Assembly: GCA_964016885.1 (NCBI GenBank)
Contig: OZ024743.1
Coordinates: forward strand, 42,532,001 to 42,596,000
From: Eledone cirrhosa
Lineage: Eukaryota
DNA length: 64,000 bases
Direction: 5' to 3'
The number at the start of each line of letters is the position of its first letter. Position 1 is the stretch's first letter. The notes under the pieces are model-generated. The model worked only from the letters and a program-made list of their open reading frames with translations. It was not told the origin of the DNA and ran no database searches. Shown here one piece after another: positions 53,188 through 64,000 of this stretch. Both the position numbers and the translations under genes were made by a program.

Positions 53188-53281
<94 letters not shown>

Positions 53282-53972
53282 TATGTAGTGGATGTATGTG
53301 TGTGTATGATCTGTTTATATGTGTGCATTGTGTGTACGTTCAATGGAAAGATTACTTGATTAATTCCAACAAAATTCCAACAATCAACAATAGTAAATCT
53401 CATAACTGTACTAATGTAAGTGAACCATAATATGAAATAAATAAGTGTAAGACCAATAGTAATTGGAGACGATTCTAGAAGCGATAGTTCATCACACTTG
53501 TGGATTCTCGAATGAATTGAATTAGCTATGCTGCACCATTATATACAGTATGTTGTAGTGTCAGCGTTCTTCTATGGAATTCATTGGATGTGGGTGGGTA
53601 GTAATGTTATTTACTTGTGTTGGAGACAGGGTGGTTTTATTAATTAGCAAGTTGTCTTATCAATAAGAGAATAATAGAATAATACATATAATAGGGAGAC
53701 ATTAATTGGTAGGATGTAAAAGGGGGAAATAAGGTAATAAAAAAGGGGCCGAATATACGGTTCGTTGATAGATTAATATTGGTAATATCAAAGATGTCTG
53801 TTTATACATGTCCCAGGTGGAACCAGAATTATTTGAATGGTTCCAACCCTAAGGGGCATGGTATCAATTTCTCAAAAGTGTGGTCTAACCGCAACAACAT
53901 CGCATACACACACATATATACCTCTACGTACGTACATACAGATGCGTACATATACAGATACACACATATATT

Positions 53973-54054
<82 letters not shown>

Positions 54055-54854
54055 CATGCATACATGCATATTCATATTAATAAATATGCATACTTCGTTC
54101 CCGCTTGTTTCCTCGTGTATACATATATATCAATGTTTGCATGCAGATCATATTATTCATATATTACTGCACACGTCTGTGTTACTAATGATGGTAGTTA
54201 TTAGTATTCATGGTATTTGGTATTTAATATATTGATTAATGCACGGTGACTGAAATATACACACACAGAGAAGAATGTGAAAATATTCAGTTCAGGTTCT
54301 CCACTGAATGTTGAGGTGATAATATGGACCCGCACCACGTGACATAAATATCTGTTGACGGCAATTGGACATGTTATTCAGTAACGAAGCAGTTGGATTA
54401 AATACAACTGTGATAGAACGTGGTGTAATGAGAGAACGGGGATGGGAGGAGTTGTAAGTGGTGTTAATGTGTAGTAGGATATGGGAGGCGATGTGATATG
54501 GTGAGTGATGGCAAACTGTGGAAGGTAGTGATATGAAGAGGTAGGAGTTGTGAGGTGGTGCGTGTTGATAACAGAGGTATAGAAAGATGCTATAACGGAG
54601 TAAGGGACAAAAGAAGAAACAGAAGGAATAAAAAAGGAAAGAGATAAAGAGATAGGAATTGCTGAAATAGAAATAACGATAAGTCGACAGAGAAGGAGTT
54701 TACTACTTCATTTCAGAATATAACGAATGTTGCTTCATTAGCATATCAACATGTACCTTGATTCTTCGAAAGCTAATGATCCAAGACAAATAAATGCATA
54801 AGCACACAAGTACACACAAACACACACTCACACACACACACACATTCTCATATT

Positions 54855-55172
54855 TCTTCTTCTTCTTCTTCTTCTTCTTCTTCTTCTTCTTCTTCTTCTT
54901 CTTCTTCTTCTTCTTCTTCTTCTTCTTCTTCTATCCACTATCGGTGCAATGAGGAAGTTACTACCCCACCTGACGATGCCAAGATTCACCGTCTGCATTT
55001 CCTCCATTTCCAACCCAGTGTCAACTTCGAGAACATGATTCAGCTTGGTGGTTGATCTCCCAACTCGTCTCTACAGATCAGGTTTCCAGAGAAGTAGACT
55101 ACCAGCAGATTGATTGTGACGTCTCACTTGTCCAGCTAATGCGAGCCTCCTACGTCTCGTAAGATCAGACGG
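54855..55172 (-). mobile_element. RTE-clade LINE 3' fragment with (GAA)n tail
   Basis: RRRRLALAGQVRRH...LLLWKP..RRVGR...DTGL...EM reading, followed by (AGA)n. Confidence 0.7.
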
Positions 55173-55293
55173 GCTAATGAATGAGCCGTCGCACGATTTA
55201 TATTTTACGTGATCTCCAGGATATGCCATATATGTATACGCAAAACACACACACACACACATACACACACACACATATATCTATATCTATCTA

Positions 55294-55374
<81 letters not shown>

Positions 55375-55673
55375 ATATATATATAAGCCGTATCAACCTC
55401 ACTGCGATAATGCACTTTTATAGTGCAAAAAATAGGCACACGGTTTGGCGAAACTGCAGTCGGGACTTTGAAGGAAAAATAGGTATATTTGTATATATAA
55501 TTTCCTCATATTTTGTAATTTCATGAATAGCTCTGATTATGGAGTTAATTTCATTATTTTAGTTATTTTGGCTCTTTCGGTCATCGACCAAAACTTGTTA
55601 AGGCGGACACCACACACACACACACACATACACATATAGATATGAATATGTGTGTCTGTTTCATTATTGTATT

Positions 55674-55858
55674 GCCGAATTGGCAGTATCGGTAGAGGGT
55701 AGGACGCCATGCTTTCTAGCATAGTTACGTCCCTTTACAGTCTGAGTTCAAATCCCGCCGAGATTAACTTTGCCTTTCATCCTTACGGGGTCGATAAAAT
55801 AAAGTACCAGTAATGTACTGAGTAATTATTGGCCTTGAGCCTAAAATAAAAACAATTA
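55674..55858 (+). mobile_element. tRNA-derived SINE
   Basis: Same family as 45832-46021. Confidence 0.88.
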
Positions 55859-56268
55859 TTGTATTGTCCCAATCTCCCCTATGGTCAAGTTAAACACGAG
55901 TGTATTAACTGGTTTTTCTAGCAAATGCTTCGCTCACTGTCCAACTTATACCCTTCTGTGACCACTGTATCATGGTTTTATCTCTCCCCCGCCTCTCGAG
56001 AAATTCTCACTTGCTACGATAGAAACAGTATTTTTTTTTCTCCACTGTATCACGTGTTAATCTCTCCCTCCGCGTATGAGAATTTCTCACTTGCTATGAA
56101 CGCGTCAAGGAAACAGTCCTTCTTTCTGAGGGGTCTCTTGATAGGCCGTATCAACCTCACAGCGATGACACACTTTTATAGTGCAGAGTTCGGGGCACAC
56201 GGATCGGCGAAATAGCAGTCGCGTATTTGAAGCAAAAATAGGTATATTTTTGTCTATTATTTCCTCAT

Positions 56269-56299
<31 letters not shown>

Positions 56300-56414
56300 T
56301 AATAAAAGGAATTCCAACTTTGTCTGATTTACTCGTTTTATTTACAATCCTTTAAAATGTATAATGATATTAGAATGAAATAGTATGGTAGAATATTAAA
56401 TGTTAAGTGTTAAT

Positions 56415-56453
56415 TGAACAAGTACTTTCATTCTTTCGCAATCTTCAGGTTCA
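56415..56453 (-). ncRNA. Minimal type I hammerhead in the PLE terminal repeat
   Basis: TGAAC-CTGAAGA-TTGCGAAAGAAT-GAAA-GTAC-TT-GTTCA. 5 bp stem I, palindromic tetraloop III, eroded stem II. Confidence 0.72.
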
Positions 56454-58307
56454 TATTCTGTGGTGACAGTCAAATTTGCAATGTTCAACTGTAATGAGAT
56501 GGGTAAATTGTGTGCCTTTATATACAGTGAAAAGCGGCTACAGGGTGCTAAATTTTGCAAACTGTATTTCGACCAATCAGTGTGTAGTTTGACTCGATTA
56601 CTAAAGCTGATTGGTTTAGGTGTCACGGTTGGTTGAGCATGTCTAACTACTACTATCCAAAGCATCAATTGTTTTGCTATTTTTAGAAATGATGAAAATA
56701 GCATTTTCTTGTAATCATCACCATCAACATCACTTTTATTATTATTATTGTTGTTGTTGTTGTTGTTGTTAGTGGTGGTAGTCGACATGACATGGTCGTA
56801 GTCATAGTCATAGTAGGAGTAATAACCCAATATTATTGTTCATTTAGCTTGGGTTTGAATTTATCAATAAAATTATTTTCTTTGATTTTTCTCTTGATTT
56901 CACCTGGGCTGTGTAATTTGTAGAATGGAAATATTATAAATATTCTCTGACCACATGTTGCTAGTTGGTTACTCAGGGGTATCTGACGGACATTTGGGTC
57001 TCCGATTTGCTGTCGGTGCACCCGTGCACGTTCCGATAGTGCATTTCCAGTTTAACCGACATATAGTTCTTCACAATTAGGGCATTTAATGCAGTAACTT
57101 AGATTTCTGCTTTTCCAGTTTATATTTGCATTTGGGAATATTTCTCCAGTTTTTGTGTTCATATATTGACCGGTGTGTATGGATTGACATGTGCCACATC
57201 GACTATCATTGCATTTAGATACAGTGAATGATTGGTCTTTGTTGTTAAAGACAAACTTTGCTTTTGTTAGTAATTGCTTTAAATTTTTCGGCTGTCTTTT
57301 AATAAGAGTCAAAGATCGGTCTATGATTAAGCCTTTTAATTCATTACTTTGATCAATGATCGGTAGGTTTGCTTTGACAGTGTTGAAGATATTCTGGTGA
57401 CATGGGTTGTGTGTCATTATACATGGTATGACCAGTTCTTGGTTTCCTCTTCCTTGGGTTGTCCTAAGTTGTTGTATAGGTATTTTTATAGCCTGCTGTA
57501 TGCCATTTACTATAAGTAGAGCTGGGTATTTTTGTTTGAGCAAAGATTCTCTCAGTTCTGTGAGGCGTTTGTTCCTGGTATTTGTATCTTCTACAATGGT
57601 ACAAATTCTTCTGGCTAGGCAGTATGTGATGTTGCGTTTTGTATGAGGTGGATGGCACGACTTAAACTTCAGATATTGATGGGTGTCTGTATGTTTATAA
57701 TATATATCCGTGGTAATGGTGGTGTCGATTTTCATTACCATTATATCTAGGAATGGTAAGATGTACTACTCATTGCTTTTGTGAATTGGAGAGATGGGTG
57801 TAGGTTATTCAGGAGGATATTGAACTTATCCAGAGTATCTAGACATTCTATCCAGATGATGAACCAATCGTCAAGCTATCTCTTCCAAGATTTGTCAATG
57901 TACTTTCTAAAGTCAGTGCTATATTTTCCTCTATTTCTTGGTAGAGTTGTTGTTCTAAGTATCCCATTACAGAGTTCACGTAAACGGGAGCAAACTTCGT
58001 TCCCATCGCTGTGCCTCTAATTTGGATGTAATTCTTTCCATTGAAGAAGAAAGTGTTGTTTTCCAGAATAAGTTTGACTGCGTCTAATATAAATGGTGCT
58101 GTGAATCTGGTGGGAATCACTTCTCTATGTTTTTCCACCAGTATTTAACCGCCTTTATTCCTAAATCATGTGTAATGTTGGTGTAAAGGCATACCACATC
58201 AAAACTAAGTAGAAATGAATTCGTTTCCGTGGTTTTGGGAAGATTGGACAGGAAGTCGATATCATCCCGGATGAAACTGGGTATGTGAATACATAGTGGT
58301 TTCAAAA

Positions 58308-58481
58308 TAATTGTTTCTACTTTTGGCACAAGGCCAGCAATTACCTATTGCATTACTGATACTTTATTTTATCCACCCCGTAAGGATGAAAGGCAAAGTT
58401 AACCTCGGCGGGATTTGAACTCAGAATGGCAAGGGCCGTAACACTATGCGTCAAAGCAGTCGTCCAACTCTGTACCGATGT
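58308..58481 (-). mobile_element. SINE inserted into the PLE RT domain
   Basis: The SINE sequence interrupts the THRLSNF...IILKPL reading. Confidence 0.88.
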
Positions 58482-59410
58482 CACAAAATTGCTTAGACGG
58501 TGGGTAAGGCATGTTGGACCAGCTATAATAGGTCTAAGTTTTAAGTATTTTGGGTGTTGTAATTTAATGTACTCACTGTTTTGTTCTTATACTGCCAGTT
58601 GTATTTTTTTTGACATATGAACTTTCGGTAGGCCATACAGGTTGCTGGGTTTTGGCTCAAAATTGGTGATGTAGTCTCTTTCCTTATCAATAAGTGAGTT
58701 GTGGTATTTTGAAGCCAGGTTGTTGATCTTCTTCATGATTTTGTGGTCTATAGTTGTCGGTATTTCATGATAGAATGTTGTGTCTTTCAGTTGTTCCTCA
58801 ACCAAATCTTTGTAGTACTCAGCATCCATTATAACAACTGCACCTCCTTTATCTGCTTGTTTAATTATTATTGTTTTATCATTTTGTATACGTTTAAGTG
58901 CAGACATTTCTGATTTGTTAATGTTTGGCCTAACATTAGTATTACGTCTAAGAGAAAATTTAGGCAGGATGTCAATATATTGGTCGAGATAGATATTTCT
59001 TCCTTTTGGCGGATTGAAATTTGATTTATTCTTTACTAGTGATTCATCACTTTCATTACTTTTATCATCGAAGAATTCTATAAGTCGTAATTTTCGACAG
59101 AATTCTTGGGTATCCTCCTTCAGTTCTTGGTGGTTGGAGTCGGTGTGAATTTCAGTCCTTTTGACAGAATTTGCAATTCATCATTGTCAAGATCTATTTT
59201 GGATAAATTAATTATATGTATGTATATATATATATATTGTTATACTTTGGGAGAGTCATGTTGCAAATAAGAAACACACGCACCAGTTGCTTTCCTTCAA
59301 TTTATTATGAATTTTATAAATATAAATTTCATAAATTTTATAAACACACGTTTTCATATAAAGAATCTTGCTAAACAAATTCAGAAATACAAAATATGAG
59401 GAAATAATAG

Positions 59411-59484
<74 letters not shown>

Positions 59485-59520
59485 GTGTTTTGTAGCTTAC
59501 TTAACCCATTGTTTGATTGG

Positions 59521-59744
59521 AAACACAAAGTTTAGTGTTGAGACCAACACAATGGTTATGAAGAATGATAAAATTACCAAGATAAGAAAAGAATCTTACC
59601 ATAGCAAATTTAACGATCGGGTTTTTAAACCCGAAAATATTTGGGATCGTTAAATTTGCTATGGTAAGATTCCTTTGTTATCTTGACAATTTTGACAATC
59701 TTCATAACGCATTGTGTTGGTCTTCAAATTTAAATTTGTGTTTC
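59521..59744. repeat. Inverted repeat (~100 bp arms) with the 3' half of a hammerhead as spacer
   Basis: ...AAATTTAACGATC-GGGTTTTTAAACCC-GAAA-ATAT-TT-GG-GATCGTTAAATTT... Confidence 0.8.
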
Positions 59745-59904
59745 ATATATATATAAACAAAGAAGGTCTGGTAAGATACGAGATGGACCATAAGACACCA
59801 GAGTACTCGATACTTCGGCTAGTAGAGTGGCTAGTATGAAAAGATTCAGGACCTTGACGGCTGAGCTCGGGCCGTTGAAACTCAGCCATCAGGGTCTTGG
59901 GTCT

Positions 59905-59971
<67 letters not shown>

Positions 59972-60139
59972 TTAAAAATTGGACAACACAAAATATAACT
60001 ACTCCATTACCAAACGTTTCTGGATCACAGACGATAATAATATACGTCTGGATCGGTCGTCAGACAAGATGTTATATATAAAAGATATTCTTTTTTCCTT
60101 TGCTTCTCCTTCGGAAAATATGTGTGTGTGCGTGTGCGT

Positions 60140-60297
<158 letters not shown>

Positions 60298-60403
60298 ATG
60301 TTTGTGTGTGTGTGATATGTATGTATGTAGGTATATTAAGCGGTTTACAGTTACCTTTCGCGTTTAGAATATTACAATTTTCGTAATATATATATATATG
60401 TTG

Positions 60404-60434
<31 letters not shown>

Positions 60435-60589
60435 AGATATGTATGTATGCAAAAAGTGTGCGCGTGTCCATTTGTGAATATTTCATCGTGTGTTTGTGAA
60501 GGGAGACGGAGTGGAAATATAGGGATCGTGTAACACAGTGAATGTAAAAATTTGAAAGCTATTCAAAGATTTATTGACAGTAATATAGT

Positions 60590-60828
60590 ATAATTGTTTC
60601 TACATTTGGCACAAGGCCAGCAATTATTCCAGTGTATTACTGGTACTTTATTTTATCGACCCCGTAAGGATGAAAGGCAAAGTTCACCTCGGCGGGATTT
60701 GAACTCAGACCATAAAGGGACGTAACTCTTTGCTGCAAAGCATGGCGTCCGACCCTCTACCAATACTGCCAATCCACCGCCCTACAAATAATTGTTTCTT
60801 CATTTGGCACAAGGCCAGTAATTACCCA
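60590..60828 (-). mobile_element. Full SINE (60590-60782) plus an adjacent SINE 3' fragment (60788-60828)
   Basis: Same SINE family. Confidence 0.88.
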
Positions 60829-61327
60829 GATGATTGTTCATATATTGTCAAAGTTCTTTCGTCACACATTATGTGACCTCTTCAGAGACTGGGGATTCTT
60901 TTCTTTCTTTTTTGTGCCTCTCCTTTGTTCTGTCCTACGCCATCTTGTTTTTGTGTGTGTTGTGTGCTTAGTTTGCGCATGTGTTACATCCGGGTGTCTG
61001 TGTGTGTTTATATTTGTTTATGTATTTGTTTATTTACATGTTACTGGTTGATTGTTTGTTCTATGTGTGTGTGAGTTTTCATTTTGCCTTTAATTGTAAG
61101 TTGTGATGTTGCTGTTACATTCATGTTTTCTATTTAATTTGGTTGGAGTTCATTTATGTTTATTGCCTCTGTGATTTGTCTAAACATTGCGTCTTTTCTG
61201 TGTGTAGATTCTATTTAGAACAGAACAAAGGAGAGGCACAAAAAACAAAGAAAAGAATCCCCAGTCACTGAAGAGGTCAAAGAATGTGTGACGAAAGAAT
61301 TGTGACAATATATGAACAATCATCTGG
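60827..61327. repeat. Inverted repeat (~110 bp arms), each arm with a hammerhead motif (60847-60889 minus, 61264-61306 plus)
   Basis: GTCW-CTGAAGA-GGTCA...TGAC-GAAA-GAAY-TK-TGAC in both arms. Confidence 0.78.
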
Positions 61328-61477
61328 TTGTAGAACCAACCAACCAACCGGAAATTTATAAATTCCTAAATTTATAAATTTAATTTATAATATATTGAAG
61401 TGAAAGCCTCTGGTGCGTGTGTTTATTATTGGCAACATAACCCTCCCAAAGTATAACAATATATATATGTATATGTA

Positions 61478-61564
<87 letters not shown>

Positions 61565-61608
61565 TGACGAAACATAAGTCAATTGCATGAACTCACAATC
61601 CTGTATTT

Positions 61609-61664
61609 ACTGCTATATATATTTCGATGATAGCCATTGAATGGGTATGACCTCATCAGGCGGT
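61609..61664 (-). ncRNA. Type I hammerhead motif
   Basis: ACCGC-CTGATGA-GGTCATACCCATTCAATGGCTATCATC-GAAA-TATATA-TA-GCAGT. Long stem II with two C-C mismatches. Confidence 0.75.
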
Positions 61665-61786
61665 TAGTCGCTTCTTAGATATGCCAGCTCTGTGTTTATG
61701 GTGTTGATGGTATCAGAGCCTTGGGACATATATATATATATATAATAAATTAATATATGGAAACTATATTTATAAAACCATATTTA

Positions 61787-61847
61787 TTTCATTATACATA
61801 TTTCAAGGACACCAAAGCAAATTATGGTGCACTTTCATCAGATAAAA
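61787..61847 (-). ncRNA. Type I hammerhead motif
   Basis: TTTTAT-CTGATGA-AAGTGCACCA...TGGTGTCCTT-GAAA-TATGTA-TA-ATGAAA. Confidence 0.72.
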
Positions 61848-62207
61848 TATAATATACATCATTTTTATAAACAAATATTGACATACCCTTAAAGAATGCG
61901 ACCATGTCGGTTGGAAGCTCCCGGATAGTGGAGTTACTAATTTTATTATTGGTCTATTATGCATATAAGTATCGGAGAGGTTTAAATCCCCTACATTTAA
62001 ATTAAGCCGTTGGAATAGGGAAAAAAAGAAAAAGAAAGAAAGAGCAAACCCAAAGAAGGAAAACAAAAGGAAAACAAAAGAAAAAGAAAGAAAGAAAACC
62101 CTAAGTGAGAGAATGTTGTATTAACGTAATTTTATGTGTTGATGAAGCGAAAAGATATATATATATATAGTGGTTGAATTACGCGGAGTAAATAAAGCGT
62201 GGATAGA

Positions 62208-62242
<35 letters not shown>

Positions 62243-62479
62243 ATAGTAATAACCGGAGAATTTTATCTAATGTTTAAATTTGATTAAATGTTTAATTTAT
62301 CAATTAAATTATTGAGATCCATAAATTAAAAATTGAGATCTATATATTATTAAAAGAATATATATATATATATATATATATATACTATCAAATAATATTA
62401 TTAAAATATATGTTATTATTACATAACATAATATACATTTATTATTAATCATCAACCAACAATTAATTATTAATTTTTC

Positions 62480-64000
62480 AATTAATTAACAATAAAAATT
62501 ATAAGAAATAATAAAAAATAAAAAGTTATGTTTAAAATATATGTTTAAAATATAGGAATGTTCAGAGATTTTACCGAAGAAAAATCTCTTCTTAGTAATA
62601 GCAATACAGCGTGCGGGAAATTAATTGATTTATTTGTAATTTAGATAGCGGTAAGGATTAAATGTTATAAAGGTTAAGATGATAAAAAAAGTTAAGATTA
62701 TAAAAGAACCTTATATTATTTTATAGTAAGTTATAATTTTATAAATTTTATATATTTTATAAATCCACCTGTAATACAGTTGTGACTGTTAAAATATAAT
62801 ACTGTTTACTATAGTGTCTTAATGTTTAAAGTTTTTTTATAAGAATATATCTAAAGCATAAACCGTAAAAAAACCTGTTATATGAGTTCATTCATAGAAT
62901 ATATTCAATTTATACATTTCGATATATATACACACACACATATACAAACAGACATACATACATGTATACATACGCATATATACACACATATATATATACA
63001 TACATATACACACATACATATACATATATACATATATATATATAAATACAAAATACATAATATAAAATAAAATATGACTTATAATTTTTAAAAGAATTAT
63101 AATTTTAAAAGGAATTACAATTTTTTAAAAATATAATTATATAATTTTAAAAGGAATAATATTTTTAAGCAATGTAATTTTTAAGCAATATAATTTTTAA
63201 AATATATATAAGAATATATAGAAACAACACAGTATAAAATATGAATTATAATTTTTTATATCCATCGAAAATTAACAAAAAATCTTTTTTTTTTTAGAAA
63301 CTTTCAGTATGTTTATCTTAATTTTTTATACCCATTTTTTTTTTAATTTTCGTTATGCTTATCTAGAAGAATTTTCAAGGAAAAATTTTTAAGGAAAGAC
63401 ATTTTTCTTCATTTAAGAGAGTTTTTGGCAGTCATTTGAAGGAAACTAATTATTTATCGATAGTTTTAATAAGATGAGTTATATATTACATTTGAAATTC
63501 ATATTTAAACGTTGAATTTAATCTATGTTTGCAGCAACTGAAAAGATTGTTCCTTAAATTCACAGAATTTTTGCTTTTTAATATAAAAGAATATTTCCTC
63601 TATACAAAGAGCACAATTTTCAGAAGAAGCGTTAAATGGAGGAGCTTTGGAGATAATATTACAAAGTAAAGAATAGTTAATGTTCTTTTATTTTAGGTCC
63701 CATAGTAAGCTAGATAGAGAAGTGTGCAGATTTTTTGTTAATTCCTCTCATGGATATAAAAAATTATAATTCATATTATATACTTACTGTGTTTTTTCTA
63801 TATATTCTTATATATATTTAAAAAATTATAATGCTTAAAAATTACATTGCTTAAAATATAATTCCTTTTAAAATTATATAATTATATTTTTTTAAAATTG
63901 TAATTCCTTTTAAAATTATAATCCATATATTTTAAACATAAATTTTTTTATTTTTTATTATTTCTTATAATTTTTATTGTTAATTTAATTAAAAAATTAA
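62480..64000. repeat. Extremely AT-rich region with inverted repeats and short tandem units
   Basis: ~62480-62543 mirrors ~63924-63990, and ~63078-63215 mirrors ~63800-63922. Confidence 0.65.

Larger units (their letters stand above)
52180..53190 (+). mobile_element. Non-coding PLE/retrozyme-like module: 525 nt tandem unit plus an inverted partial copy
   Basis: 52380-52670 is repeated at 52905-53190, and 52180-52380 is the reverse complement of ~52590-52790. (TA)n flanks. Confidence 0.8.
56297..59215 (-). mobile_element. Near full-length decayed Penelope-like element (RT + GIY-YIG) with terminal repeat
   Basis: LSKGLKFTPT; IKQADKGGAVVIMD; YGLPKVH; SFDVVCLYTNI; GTAMGTKFAPVY; DIYYKHTDTHQYL; CNDSRCGTC; LSYCIKCPNCEELYVG; ENNFIDKFKPKLN. 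(TA)n flanks. Confidence 0.92.

Noticed and set aside
62200-64000. Possible mitochondrial insertion or control region
   Set aside because: No tRNA, rRNA or mitochondrial ORF is recognisable. It looks like an AT-rich inverted/tandem repeat.

Overview
Gene-free, repeat-saturated eukaryotic DNA. It is AT-rich and microsatellite-dense, and the SINE type suggests a cephalopod such as octopus (inference). No host exon could be supported. 0.5-17.7 kb is a same-orientation array of two R4/Dong-like non-LTR retrotransposon families (RT plus restriction-like endonuclease), with every copy separated by (TAA)n. 21.9-27.7 kb is a full-length but frameshifted Tx1-like LINE inside a (GATA)n tract. The rest holds a decayed Penelope-like element (PLE), Helitron derivatives, a deleted mariner, RTE 3' ends and about 9 tRNA-derived SINEs. 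Many short non-coding PLE-type terminal-repeat modules sit mostly between (TA)n tracts. Reading by eye finds about ten type I hammerhead ribozyme motifs in these modules, several with greatly enlarged stem II. Some occur as tandem ~520 nt retrozyme-like units, others as fold-back palindromes. The main observation is a perfect 250 bp palindrome whose axis falls exactly on the predicted hammerhead cleavage site of the homologous PLE end. All folds and boundaries were done manually and are approximate.
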